From the NCBI RefSeq assembly GCF_044704955.1, contig NC_091985.1, positions 202,368,001 through 202,432,000 of the forward strand: a stretch of 64,000 nucleotides of DNA, read 5' to 3'. A program made the position numbers and the translations under genes. This stretch comes from Pristiophorus japonicus (Eukaryota). The notes below the pieces were generated by a model, which saw nothing but the letters and a program-made list of their open reading frames with translations, was not told where the DNA came from and searched no databases. Shown here in pieces: positions 1-12,150 of this stretch (the stretch's first letter is position 1; every line of letters starts with the position of its first letter).

Positions 1-1090
1 TACACTTGATCCCTTCCTCCAAGTCATTAATATAAATTGTAAATAGTTGGGGTCACAGCACTGATCCCTGCGGCACCCCACTAGTTACTGGTTGCCAACC
101 AGAGAATGAACAATTTATCCTGACTCTGTTCTGTTAGTTAGCCAATCCTCTATCCATGCTAATATATTACACCCAACACCGTGAACTTTTATCTTGACAC
201 TTTTACGTGACACCTTGTCAAATGCCTTCTGGAAGTCCAAATACACCACATCCACTGGTTCCCCTTTATCCACCCTGTTCCTTACATCCTCAAAGAACTC
301 CAGCAAATTTGTCACACATGACTTCCCCTTCATAAATCCATGCTGATTCTGCCTGACCAATTTTGCTCATCCAAATGAACTGCTACTGCTTCTTTAATAA
401 TGGACTCCAACATTTTCCCAACCACAGATGTTAGGCTAACTGGTCTATAGTTTCCTGCTTTTTGTCTGCCTCCTTTTTCAAATAGGGGTGTTACATTTGC
501 AGTTTTTCAATCTGCTGGGACCTCCCCAGAATCCAGGGAATTTTGATAAATTACAACCAATGCATCCACAATCCCTGCCGCTACTTCTCTTAAGACCCAC
601 AGATGCAAGCCTTCAGGTCCAGGGGATTTATCTGCCTTTAGTCCCATTATCTTACTGAGTACCACCTTCTTAGTGATTGTGATTGTGTTAAGTTCCTCCC
701 CCCATATAGCCCCTTGACTATCTACTGTTGGAATATTGTTAGTGTCCTCTATCGTAAAGACTGATAGAAAATATCTGTTCAGAGTTTCTGCCATCTCCAT
801 GTTCCCCATTACTAATTCCCCGGTCTCGTCCTCTAAGGCACCAACATTTACTTTCGCCACTCTTTTCCTTTTTATATACCAATAGAGACTGTTTTTATAG
901 TTTGTGCTAGTTTACTTTCATAGTCTATCTTCCCTTTCTTAATCATTTTTTTAGTCATTCTTTGCTGACTTTTAAAAGCTTCCCAGTCTTCTGTCCTCCC
1001 ACTAGTTTCAGTTACTTTGTATGCCCTTGTTTTTAATTGAATACCATCCTTTATTTCTTTAGTTAGCCACGGATGGCTATTTTCTTTTAC
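1..1090 (-). mobile_element. CR1-clade LINE, ORF2 (RT N-terminal region) fragment, degenerate
   Basis: Minus-strand ORFs give QHGFMKGKSC.TNLLEFFE, VDVVYLDFQKAFDKV and KSPGP.GLH motifs typical of CR1 ORF2; interrupted by stops and frameshifts. Confidence 0.92.
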
Positions 1091-1574
1091 ACTTGCTATT
1101 GAGGGAGTGCAGCGAAGGTTCACCAGACTGATTACCGGGACTGTATCGACTAGGCTTATATTCACTGGAATTTAGAAGAATGAGAGGGGATCTCATTGAA
1201 GCAAATACAATTCTGACGATTGGATAGGTTAGATGCAGGAAGAATGTTCCCGATGTTGGGGAAGTCCAGAACCAGGGGTCACAGTCTTAAGGATAAGGGG
1301 TAAGCCATTTAGGACCGAGATGAGGCGAAACTTCTTCACTCAGAGAGTTGTTAACCTGTGGAATTCCCGACCGCAAAGAGTTGTTGATTCCAGTTCATTG
1401 GATATGTTCAAGAGGGAGTTAGATATGGCCCTTACGGCTAAAGGGATCAAGGGGTATGGAGAGAAAGCAGGAAAGGGGTACTGAGGGAATGATCAGCCAT
1501 GATCTTATTGAATGGTGGTGCAGGCTCGAAGGGCCGAATGGTCTACTCCTGCACCTATTTTCTATGTTTCTGTG
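1091..1574 (+). mobile_element. CR1 LINE 3' fragment (family A, TTTCTATG tail)
   Basis: RRNFFTQRVVNLWNS C-terminal motif followed by 3' UTR GGCTCGAAGGGCCGAATGG..CTACTCCTGCACCTATTTTCTATGTTTCTG. Confidence 0.92.
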
Positions 1575-1701
1575 TCACTTATCAGCCCCAGCCTGAATGT
1601 TGTCCAGGTCTTGCTGTAAGCGGGCATGGACTGCTCCATTATCTGAGGAGTTGCGAATGAAACTGAATACTGTGCAGTCATCAGCGAACATCCCTAGTTC
1701 T
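1575..1701 (-). mobile_element. Short RT fragment of a second LINE family (MFADDC motif)
   Basis: Near-identical to 13186-13310; encodes GMFADDCTVF...LQQDLDNIQ. Confidence 0.8.
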
Positions 1702-4570
1702 GCTTTCATAGCTTTGCAGTCGCCTTTATTTAGAATCAGGACACTGGTTTGAGATCTGACTTTCTCACTCTCCAACTGAATTTGAAATTCAACCATGTTA
1801 TGTTCACTTTTTCCCAGAGGATCCTTTACTATGAGATCATTTATTAATCTTGTCTCATTACACAATACCAGATCTAAGATAGCCTGCTCCCTGGTTGGTT
1901 CTGCAACGTACTGTTCAAGGAGACCATCCCAGATACAGGGCCCAAGTTTCCACACGATAAAAAACGGGCGCCTCTCCGAGCTGGGCGCCCGTTTTTCGTG
2001 CCTAAAACGGCGCCTAAAAAAAAAAATTGCGATTCTGGAGCGCTTTGCAGCTCCTTGTCTGTTTGGCGCGGCGCCCAGGGGGGCGGAGCCTACACTCGCG
2101 CCGATTTTGTAAGTGGGAGGGGGCGGGTACTATTTAAATTAGTTCTTTTCCTGCCAGCAACGCTGCTCATGCGCGTTGGAGCGTTCGCGCACGCGTAGTG
2201 TGAAAAAAACATTGGCACTCGGCCATTTTTGTAGTTCTTTGTAGCTGTTTAATTTTTGAAATTTTTTTTAATAAAAGCACATTGCCATCAGCACTTGCAG
2301 CCTTCTCACTGTCCCCCCCCCCCCCCCCCCCCCCGGCGGGAAAGAACGGGCGCCTCCTCTCTCCCTCTCCTCCCCCCCCGCCCCCCGAACGGGAGCCTCC
2401 TCCTCCCCCCCGCCACGGGAAGAACAGGCGCCTCAGGCTGACTGCAGCATTCTCCAGAAGCACTTTCACATAGGTAGGAAGATGGTTTATTTAATCTTTT
2501 CTTTGCTTATTGCTTATAAATGTTTATTCAGGTTGGATTGATTTGTATAATTGTTGAAGTATAAATAAGGATTTATTGTAGAATTTAATGACTTCGCTTC
2601 CTCCCCCCCCCCCCCACCTCGTTCTGGACGCCTAATTTGTAACCTGCGCCTGATTTTTTAATGTGTAGAACAGGTTTTTTCAGTTCTACAAAAATCTTCA
2701 CTTGCTCCATTCTAACTTAGTTTGGAGTACGTTTTCACTGTGGAAACTTTGAAATCAGGCGTCAGTGGCCGGACACGCCCCCTTTTGCAGAAAAAATTCT
2801 GTTCCAAAGTAGAACTGTTCTACCTGACTAGAACTGCAGAAAAAAAAATGTGGAGAATTGCGATTTCTAAGATAGTCCTTTCTCCACCAGTTGCTCCTAA
2901 AAATCAGGTGCAAATCATGTGGAAACTTGGGCCAACACTCTTATAAACTCTTCCTCAAGTCTACCTTGGCCAATTTGATTTGTCTAATCAATATGAAGCT
3001 TAAAATCGCCCATGATTATTGCCGTACCTTTCTTACAAGCCTCCATTGTTTCTTGATTTATACTCCATCCAACAGTGTAGCTACTGTTAGGGAGCCTATA
3101 GACTACGCCCACCAGTGACTTCTTCCCCTTATTATTTATTATCTATACCCAAATTGATTCTACATCTTGATCTTCTGAACCCAAATAATTTCTCACCACT
3201 GCACTGATCCCATCGTTTATTAACAGAACTACCCCACCTTTTCCTTTCTGTCTTATCCTTCTGAATTGTTAAATACCCCTGAATATTTAGTTCCCAGCCT
3301 TGGTCACCTTGCAACCACGTCTCTGTAATGGCTATCAGATCATACCCATTTGTATCTATTTGTGCCGTCAACTCATCTATCTTGTTACGAATGCTGCGTG
3401 CATTCAGATAAAGAACTTTTAATTTTGACTTTTTACCATTTTTCTCTGCTTTGACCCTACTTTCTGTTACACTCTTATTTTTATACATTCTGTCTTTTCC
3501 TGTCACAGTCTGATTCTCATTTCCCACAGTGCTACCCTGCTCCTATTGCCTTCTCCTTGCTCTTTGACTTTTTAAATTTCCTTTCACCTGAACCCTCCCC
3601 CCCCCCCCCCCCACATCCACCGCTCCCCCCCCCCACCCCCGACCTATTTAGTTTAAAGCCCTCTTTACAGCCCTAGTTATTCGCTTCGCCAGGACATTAG
3701 CACCAGCCTGGTTCAAGTGAAGCCCATCCCAACGGAACAGCTCCCTCTTGCCCTGGATACTGGTGCCAGTGCCCCATGATTCGAAACTAATTTCTCCCAC
3801 ACCAGTCTTTGAGCCACGTGTTCATCTCTCTGATCTTATTTACCCTATGCACATTTGCACGTGGTTCAGGTAGTAATCCAGAGATTATTGCCTTCATGGT
3901 TCTGCTTTTTAATTTAGCCCCTAGCTACTCAAACTCCCTCAGCAAAACCTCTTTCTTTGTTCTACCTATGTCATTAGTACCTATGTGGCCCACGACAACT
4001 GGATCTTCCCCCTCCCACTCCAAGTTCCTCTCCAGCCCAGAGGCGATGTCCTGAACCTTGGCACATCGCAGGCATCACAGCCTTCGGGACTCACGCTCTC
4101 GGCTGCAGAGAACAGTATCTATCTCCGAAACTATACTCTTTCCTATCACGACAACATTTCTTTTTACTCCCCCCACTTGAATGTCCTCCTCTACCACGGC
4201 GCTGTGGTCAGTTTGCTCATCCTCCCTGCAGTCCCTGCCCTCGTCCAAGCAGGGAGCACGAATTTCGTACCTGTTGGACAATTGCAAGAGCTGAAGCTCC
4301 TCCATCACTACCTCCAGGGTCCCCACAGCTGCCTCGCTCATAGTCACACCCTCCTGTCCCTAACCATGGACCAAATTTGAATTAATTAATCTAAGGGGTG
4401 TGACTGCCTCCTGGAACACAGCGTCCAGGTAACTCTCCCCCTCCCTGATGTGTCTGCAGCTCGGACTCCAGCTCATCAACACGGAGCTGAAGTTCCTCGA
4501 GAAACCAACATTTACTGCAGATGTGGTCACCGTGGACCTCAATGGGGTCAACCAGCTCCCTGCAGCAGCA
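1702..4570 (-). mobile_element. CR1 LINE 5' half: ORF1 (SGNH esterase-like) plus APE endonuclease, split by a MITE
   Basis: YLNARSIRNK / IAITETWL / LDLVLCN / SEHNMV endonuclease motifs; upstream ORF1 remnant with VVVIGKSIV (GDS-like); sequence resumes after the 1938-2934 insert. Confidence 0.88.
1938..2934. mobile_element. Non-autonomous DNA transposon (MITE-like, possibly PIF/Harbinger)
   Basis: Terminal inverted repeats GGCCCAAGTTTCCACACGAT (1939) / ATCATGTGGAAACTTGGGCC (ends 2933); ACA on both flanks; interrupts colinear CR1 sequence; no transposase ORF. Confidence 0.85.
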
Positions 4571-4574
4571 TTAA

Positions 4575-6343
4575 CACAGTCAGATTCGGGTGAATTTATA
4601 ATGGGGCACAAAGAAATGGCAGACCAATTGAACAAGTACTTTGGTTCTGTCTTCACAAAGGAAGACACAAATAACCTTCCGGATGTACTCGGGTCCGAAG
4701 GTCTAGTGAGAAGGAGGAACTGAAGGATATCCTTATTAGGTGGGAAATTGTGATCGGGAAATTGATGGGATTGAAGGCCGATAAATCCCCAGGGCCTGAT
4801 AGTCTGCATCCCAGAGTATTTAAGGAAGTGGCCCTAGAAATAGTGGATGCATTTGTGATCATTTTCCAACAGTCTATCGACTCTGGATCAGTTCCTATGG
4901 ACTGGAGGGTTGCTAATGTAACACCACTTTTTAAAAAAGGAGGGAGAGAGAAAACGGGTAATTATAGACCAGTTAGCCTGACATCAGTAGTGGGGAAAAT
5001 GTTGGAATCAATCATTAAGGATGAAATAGCAGCACATTTGGAAAGCAGTGATAGGATTGGTCCAAGTCAGCATGGATTTATGAAAGGGAAATCATGCTTG
5101 ACAAATCTTCTGGAATTTTTTGAGGATGTAACTCGTAGAGTGGACAGGGGAGAACCAGTGGAAGTGGTGTATTTGGACTTTCAAAAGGCTTTTGACAAGG
5201 TCCCACACAAGAGATTGGTGTGCAAAATCAAAGCACATGGTATTGGGGGTAATGTACTGACGTGGATAGAGAACTGGTTGGCAGACAGGAAGCAGAGAGT
5301 CGGGATTAACGGGTCCTTTTCAGAATGGCAGGCAGTGACTAGTGGAGTGCCGCAGGGCTCAGTGCTGGGACCCCAGCTCTTTACAATATATATTAATGAT
5401 TTGGATGATGGAATTGAGTATAATATCTCCAAGTTTGCAGATGGCGGTGTGAGCTGTGAAGAGGATGCTAAGAGGCTGCAGGGTGATTTAGACAGGTTAG
5501 GCGAGTGGGCAAATACATGGCAGATGCAATATAATGTGGATAAATGTGAGGTTATCCACTTTGGGGGTAAAAACACGAAGGCAGAATATTATCTGAATGG
5601 CGGAAGATTAGGAAAAGGGGAGGTGCAGCGAGACCTGGGTGTCATGATTCATCAGTCATTGAAGGTTGGCATGCAGGTACAGCAGGCGGTGAAGAAGGCA
5701 AATGGTATGTTGGCCTTCAGAGCTCGGGGATTTGAGTATAGGAGCAGGGAAGTCTTACTGCAGTTGTACAGGTCTTTGGTGAGGCCCCACCTGGAATATT
5801 GTGTTCAGTTTTGGTCTCCTAATCTGAGGAAGGACATTCTTGCTATTGAGGGAGTGCAGCGAAGGTTCACCAGACTGATTCCTGGGATGGCAGGACTGAC
5901 ACATGAGGAGAGACTGGATCGACTGGGCCTGTATTCACTGGAGTTTAGAAGAATGAGAGGGGATCTCATAGAAACATAAAATTCTGACGGGACTGGACAG
6001 GTTAGATGCAGGAAGAATGTTCCTGATGTTGGTGAAGTCCAGAACCAGGGGTCACAGTCTTAAGGATAAGGGGTAAGCCATTTAGGACTGAGATGAGGAG
6101 GAACTTCTTCACTCAGAGAATTGTTAACCTATGGAATTTCTTACCGCAGAGAGTTGTTGATGTCAGTTCATTGGATATATTCAAGAGGGAGTTAGATATG
6201 GCCCTTGCATCTAAAGGGATCAAGGGGTATGGAGAGAAAGCAGGAACGGGGTACTGAAGGAATGATCAGCCATGATCTTATTGAATGGTGGTGCAGGCTC
6301 GAAGGGCCGATTGGCCTACTCCAGCACCTATTTTCTATGTTTA
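4575..6343 (+). mobile_element. CR1 LINE family A, 5'-truncated, with 409-aa RT ORF remnant (4750-5979)
   Basis: RT motifs [22 protein letters not shown]; catalytic FADDT damaged (KFADGG, deletion); TTTCTATG tail. Confidence 0.95.
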
Positions 6344-7545
6344 TACATCGCTTGCCCTGACATCTCTAATGTATTTCATTAATTTTTCACATTTTAAAAG
6401 TTTAGATTTTTAATCCCAGCTCTTAATTTAAACCAATGCCCAAGAAAAGAGAGAAACCTTGCCGGCGACGCCCACATCCCGTGAATGAATTTTTTTGAAA
6501 CAGTTCTAAACTTGGCCAGGATAGAATGTGAATGTTTGAGGAGAGGGGTCATTGGCGTTACCTAGCTACTTACAGCCAGGGCAGCTTGTAACCATAGTTC
6601 CTGAACAGAATTGTGCCATGTGTGATCTGTGTCAAATGTTAATGCTTGCGTGGCACTTACTCTGAGCTAAAGAACTGTTTGGCTCTCTTTCCCCCCCCCC
6701 TCCACCCTGCCAGTTGGAAGTAATGCTTTGAATGTGCCCAATTGAGCAATGCCAGGTAAGAGATTTAAGGTTTGTCACTGTGTCGACCTAAGGGTCCTTG
6801 ATGACCCAGTCAGTGCCATACTGACATATTTGTCTTTACTACTAACCTTTGATGGAACTGGAGAGATGTCGACTGTGACGCCAACAGTTTTGGCAACAGA
6901 CTGTTTAGAGGAGCCGATCCCAAAAACTGCCCCAAAGTTAATACAGCCCCTTTGATCTGCTGGAGTATTTTCCCATGAATTGTTCTCATGTTGATTACCA
7001 AAGCAATTGGTGACATAGCCTGACAAGTCTTTGAACGGTGGGGGGGGGGGCAATTTTATCCTGAGCCGTCCTACCCCCGTGGGGAACTGCCGGGATGGAA
7101 GGATGGGGGGCCAGCGCTGACTTTACAGCCTGGAGTCAGTATCGGGAGTGGGGTAATACTTGCGTCCCATCCCATTCTGTGGTGATTCCTGCCCGGCGAG
7201 TTTGGTAAAAGTGATAACCCCCACTCCCGGGTCTCTGTGTGGCAGCCTCTTCAGGGGTTTTAATTTCTCCAGCCTCCCTGCGCACGGTTTCAGCGGGTCC
7301 CCCAAGTCAAGGCAGTGCTTACGGTCTTGTATGCATTGTCGCCATCGGGTTAATCAAGATCTGGTCAGTTACAAGCGATCTGTAAAGATACAATGGGTTT
7401 TCCTGAATTTGTTAAGGCCCCTAGTTAATACGCAGTGAGGTTGTTACCATTCATCTGGACTTGGTTGGCTGTGAGGACGAGTGTACCCACTGTAGCCGAA
7501 CTCCCTCCTCCTGCTCCAGACCAAGCAATGGAAGATACGTTCAGG

Positions 7546-7647
7546 AAAGGGGTACTGAGGGAATGATCAGCCATGATCTTATTGAATGGCGGTGCAGGCT
7601 CGAAGGGCCATATGGCCTACTCCTGCACCTATTTTCTATGTTTCTAT
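7546..7647 (+). mobile_element. CR1 family A 3'-terminal fragment
   Basis: Matches the tails at 1468-1570 and 6241-6343. Confidence 0.9.
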
Positions 7648-7815
7648 AACACAATCACTTCCCTGCTTTCCTGTGACATCACATTTTGAATCTTTTTACT
7701 TCTTATCCTCCCAGGTCACGTGGTGCTGTTTCGGCTGTCTGCTCGGCTGACTCACGCCCTTTGTAGGCTTGCCGCTGCTCCCGCTCTCGTGCCCTTTCCG
7801 AAGGGATGGGCGCAA

Positions 7816-8415
7816 GTAGGTTTTCCCCCTCGCGTTGCTTCTCTCACCACCTGCTGCAGGCCCAGTCTGGCAGCTATGTCCTTCAGGACTTTGCCAGATC
7901 GATTAGTAGTGGTGCTACCGAGCCAGTCTTGATGGACATTGAAGTCCCCCACACAAAGTACATTCTGTGCACCTTGCTACTCTCAGTGCTTCTTCCAAGT
8001 GGTGTTCAACATGGAGGAGTACTGATTCATCAGCTGAGTGAGGACGGTAGGTGGTAATCAGCAGGAGGTTTCCTTGCCCATGCTTGACCTGAAGCCAGGG
8101 GACTTCATGGGGTCCGGAGTCAGTGTTGAGAACTCCCAGGGCCACACCCTCCCGAATGTATACTACTGTATCGCCACCGGTGGGACAGGACATACCCAGG
8201 GATGGTGATGGAGGAGTCTGGGACATTGGCTGAAAGGTATGATTCTGTGAGTATGACTATGTCAGGCTGTTGCTTGACTAGTCTGGGCCATCTCTTCGAA
8301 TTTTGGCACCAGTCCCCAGATGTTGGTGAGAAAGACTGGGCTGGGTGGGCCGTTGTCGGGTCCGTAGCCGGTGCGGAGGTCGATGCCGGGTGGTCCGTCC
8401 GGTTTTATTCTTGTT
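7816..8415 (-). mobile_element. LINE endonuclease fragment (CR1/L2 group, probably the second family)
   Basis: GDFNVH, LITTYRP and VYIREG motifs of an APE endonuclease on the minus strand. Confidence 0.75.
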
Positions 8416-8444
8416 ATTGTTTTTCGTAGCGGTGGATCAATTGA

Positions 8445-8780
8445 TGAATCAATATGATCTTATTGAATGGCGGAGCAGGCTCGAGGGGCCAAATGGCCTA
8501 CTCCTGCTTCTAATTCTTGTGTGCTTATTCCCTAGCCCAGATCCTGTCTCTATATTAAAAGCAATGGTCCCAACACTGACCCTGGGGACACCACTGTTTC
8601 CATCCCTCCAGTCTGAAGAACATCCATTTACCACTACTCTCTGTTTTCTGCCCTTTATCCAACTTCCTCTCCACGCGGCCCCACTCCCTTTAATACTGTG
8701 AGCCTTAATTTGATCAACAAGCCTCCTGTCCGGCACCTTATCAAACACCTTTTGACAATCCATCTACACAACATCCATTG
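8445..8780. mobile_element. CR1 3' tail (+, 8445-8525) abutting a degenerate CR1 RT fragment (-, 8540-8780)
   Basis: GGCTCGAGGGGCCAAATGGCCTACTCCTG tail; DCQKVFDKVP and RKQRVVVNG...SGVP motifs. Confidence 0.8.
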
Positions 8781-9703
8781 CATTTCCTTTCTCACTGCAC
8801 TGTGTTATTTCCTGCAATAATCCCTGCTGTCTGTCCTGACTTAATCATTTCACTACCAAATGTTGCAACGTTTACTTCTGTAGTTAGAATCCCCCGCGCA
8901 GGGGTAAAGTGCTCTATCAATGACACCAGGAGCCCAGACACGGGACCAGGCTGTGCTCTGAGCAGGCGCAGTGCCAGTGGTGGAGGTGGTCTGAGGCGGA
9001 AGAGACATTCCGCGAGTCAGTAGGAGCTTGTGAGTTCAGCAGAGGAATTGGATCCCTGGGTGGGCTGGGCAGCTTCATAAACACCTGCTGTAGGCCTCAG
9101 GCCCCGAATATGAGCCCGCAGGCTCCATGTTTGACCTGCGATGATAGACCCGACCGCTCGGGGTAACGAGCTGAATTCTTGGACAGGATCAGGGTGCCTG
9201 CGCGGCCATCTTGGTACAGGAGCAGAGGGTGGGTGGGGTTTAGGGTCCCAGTGACCAGGAGAGAAAATAATTTCCTTGTTTCTTCTCAGTCTGCGCACGA
9301 GGGATGTAGAACTGAACCCAGCCAGAGAAGAGGGAGTGAGAAAATTGCAGATGGAGGAAAGAAATGATGGAGGTGGTGCGATGAGTTTGGATTTCAGCAC
9401 AGGGTGGAGGGAGAGTGTGTGGGATGGGAATTTACAGCTTTGGGGAACAAGAGAGGAAAGAATGTTCCATAGAAACTAGGATTGTCTGTCCTCAGTGCTG
9501 ACTTTTGTAAACTCCTTTTACAGGATATTAGAAAAGGAGGATTTACAGATGGAAAACTCGAACCAATCACAGTCACTCGATTCACCTGTATATCATCAGT
9601 CTTTGAATGTGGAAGGAGAAACATTTGTCTGTTCTGTCTGTGAGAAAAGATATTAAACATTAGTGTGACTGGTAAATCACCGAGACACACACACCCGAGT
9701 GAG

Positions 9704-9826
9704 ATGTTCCAGTGCACTGACTGTGGAAAGAGCTTTAACCAGTTACACAGCCTGAAAAAACATCGCACCATTCACAGCGGGGAGAAACCGTTCACATACT
9801 GTGTATGTGGACGAAGCATCAATTGA
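9704..9826 (+). other. Upstream in-frame ORF encoding one intact and one broken C2H2 finger, ending at TGA
   Basis: ATG 9704: MFQCTDCGKSFNQLHSLKKHRTIHSGEKPFTYCVCGRSIN*; same frame as the ATG at 9863. Confidence 0.75.
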
Positions 9827-9862
9827 TCATCCAACCTGGAGAGACACAAGGACACCCCCACC

Positions 9863-10789
9863 ATGGAGAAACCGTGGGAATGTGGAGACTGTGGGAAGGG
9901 ATTCAATTGCCCCTCTGCGCTGGAAACTCATCGACGGCATCATAACGGAGAGAGGCCATTCACCTGCCCCGTGTGTGGGAAGGGATTCACTCAGTCATCC
10001 AACTTGCTGGTACACAAGCGAATTCACACTGGGGAGAGGCCATTCACCTGCTCCATGTGTGAGAAGGGATTCACTCGTTCATCCGACCTCACTGAACACC
10101 AGCGTGTTCACACTGCGGAAAGGCCGTTTACCTGCCCAGTGTGTGGGAAGGGATTCACTCAGTCATCCAACCTGCGGATACACAAGCGAATTCACACTGG
10201 GGAGAGACCGTTCACCTGCCCCGTGTGTGGGAAGGGATTCACTCAGTCATCCAACCTGCTGGTACACAAGCGAATTCACACTGGGGAGAGGCCATTCACC
10301 TGCTCCATGTGTGAGAAGGGATTCACTCGTTCATCCGAGCTCACTGAACACCAGCGTGTTCACACTGGGGAGAGGCCGTTTACCTGTCCCGTGTGTGGGA
10401 AAGGATTCACTCGATCATTTGACCTGTTGACACACCAACACATTCACACTGGGGAGAGGCCATTCATCTGCTCTGAATGTGGGAAGGGTTTCACTCGATC
10501 ATCCCACCTGCTGACACACCAACGCATTCATACTGGGGAGAGGCCGTTCATCTGCTCTGAGTGTGGGAAGGCTTTCACTCGATCATCTTACCTGCTAGCA
10601 CACCAGCGAGTTCACACTGGGGAGAGGCTATTCACCTGCTCCGAATGTGAGAAGCATTTCACTCGATCATCCAACCTGCTGAGACACCAGCGAGTTCACA
10701 CTGGGGAGAGGCCATTCACCTGCTCTGAGTGTGGGAAGGGATTCACTCAGTCATCCAACCTGCTGACACACCAGCGAGTTCACAAGTGA
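9863..10789 (+). CDS. Tandem C2H2 zinc-finger protein, 11 fingers (308 aa), no KRAB/SCAN domain visible
   Basis: Eleven C-x2-C-x12-H-x3-H units with TGERPF linkers; ACCATGG start context; candidate splice acceptor (CCTTTTACAG) near 9522. Confidence 0.88.
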   Translation: MEKPWECGDCGKGFNCPSALETHRRHHNGERPFTCPVCGKGFTQSSNLLVHKRIHTGERPFTCSMCEKGFTRSSDLTEHQRVHTAERPFTCPVCGKGFTQSSNLRIHKRIHTGERPFTCPVCGKGFTQSSNLLVHKRIHTGERPFTCSMCEKGFTRSSELTEHQRVHTGERPFTCPVCGKGFTRSFDLLTHQHIHTGERPFICSECGKGFTRSSHLLTHQRIHTGERPFICSECGKAFTRSSYLLAHQRVHTGERLFTCSECEKHFTRSSNLLRHQRVHTGERPFTCSECGKGFTQSSNLLTHQRVHK

Positions 10790-10904
10790 CTGCAGGGGTT
10801 GGACTCTGCTGTTATTGTTGCCGTTAATCACATCCAGGACTGAAACATGTTGCCGCTGGTGTAATTAATCCCTATATCTGGGCTGGAGTTTAATTTTCTG
10901 GATA

Positions 10905-12150
10905 TCATAGAATGGTCACAGCACAGTAGGAGGCCTTTTGGACCATCGAACCCATGCCGGCTCTCTGCAAGAGCACTTCAGCTAGTCATTAGAACATAAG
11001 AAATAGGAGCAGGAGTAGGCCACACCACCCCTCGAGTCTGCTCCGCCATTCAATAAGATCATGGCTGGTCTGATCATGGACTCAGCTCCACTTCCCTGCC
11101 CACTCTCCATAACCCTTTATCGTTTAAGAAACTGTCTATTTCTGTCTTAAATTTATTCAATGTCCCAGCTTCCACATCTCTCTGAGGCAGCGAAGTCCAC
11201 AGATTTACAACCCTCTGAGAGAAGAAATTTCTCCTCATCTCTGTTTTAAATGGGCGGCCTCTAGTTCTAGTCTCCCGCATCAGTGGAAACATCCTCTCTG
11301 CATCCACCTTGTCAAGCCCCCTCATATATGTTTTGATAAGATCACGTCTCATTCTTCTGAATTCCAATGAGTAGAGACCCAACCTACTCAACCTTTCCTC
11401 ATAAGTCAACCCCCTCATCTCCGGAATCAACCTAGTGAAACTTCTCTGAACTGCCTCCAAAGTACCCACAGGTCCTGCTGTACTGCAGCACTTTGCAATC
11501 TTTCTCCATTTAAATAATAACTTGCTCTTTGATTTTTTTCTACCAAAGTGCATGACCTCAGACTTTCCAACATTACACTCCATCTGCCAAATTTTTGCCC
11601 ACTCACTTAGCCTGTCTATTCCTTTTGCAAATTTTTTGTGTCCTCCTCACACATTGCTTTTCTTCTCATCTTTGTATCATCAGCAAACTTGGCTACATTA
11701 CACTCAGTCCCTTCTTCCAAGTCGTTAATATAGATTGTAAATAGTCCCACTCCCTGCCCTTTCCCCGTGGCCCTGCAAATGTTTTATTTCATGTACTTAT
11801 CAATTCCCTTTTTGAAAGCCACGATTGAATCTGCCTCCACCAGCCTTTCAGGCCGTGCATTCCAGATCCTAACCACTCGCTGCTTAAAGAAAAGTTTTTT
11901 CTCATGTCGCCTTTGGTTCTTCTGCCAATCACCTTGAATCTGTGTCCTCTGGTTCTCAACCCTTCCGCCAATGGGAATATTTTCTCTCTACTCTGTCCAG
12001 ACTCCTCATGATTTTAGAGCACCTCTATCAAATCTCCTTTCAACCTTCTCTGTTCTAAGAAGAACAACCCTAGCTTCACCAGTCTATCCATGTAACTGAA
12101 GTCCCTCATCCCTGGAATCATTCTTGTAAATCTTTTCTGCACCCTCTGTC
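10905..12150 (-). mobile_element. CR1-type LINE 3' fragment containing a nested CR1 family B insertion (about 10990-11741)
   Basis: RTRGHRFKVIG motif at 11789-11971; nested copy begins with AGAACATAAG tail and encodes RRNFFSQRVVNLW; host resumes at TAGTCCCACTCC. Confidence 0.85.

Noticed and set aside
2167-2473. Poly-Pro/poly-Gly ORFs
   Set aside because: Arise from poly-C tracts inside the MITE; no transposase motifs
5181-5576. Recurrent antisense ORFs beginning MFLPPKWIT (also 14713, 43899, 58814)
   Set aside because: Shadow frames of the CR1 RT sequence; recurrence reflects repeat copies, not a gene
4750-5979. 409-aa RT ORF as an active or domesticated gene
   Set aside because: 5'-truncated, catalytic FADD motif disrupted, C-terminus frameshifted
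9801-10430. 209-aa alternative-frame ORF overlapping the ZNF
   Set aside because: Expected by-product of repetitive finger codons; starts at GTG; no independent support
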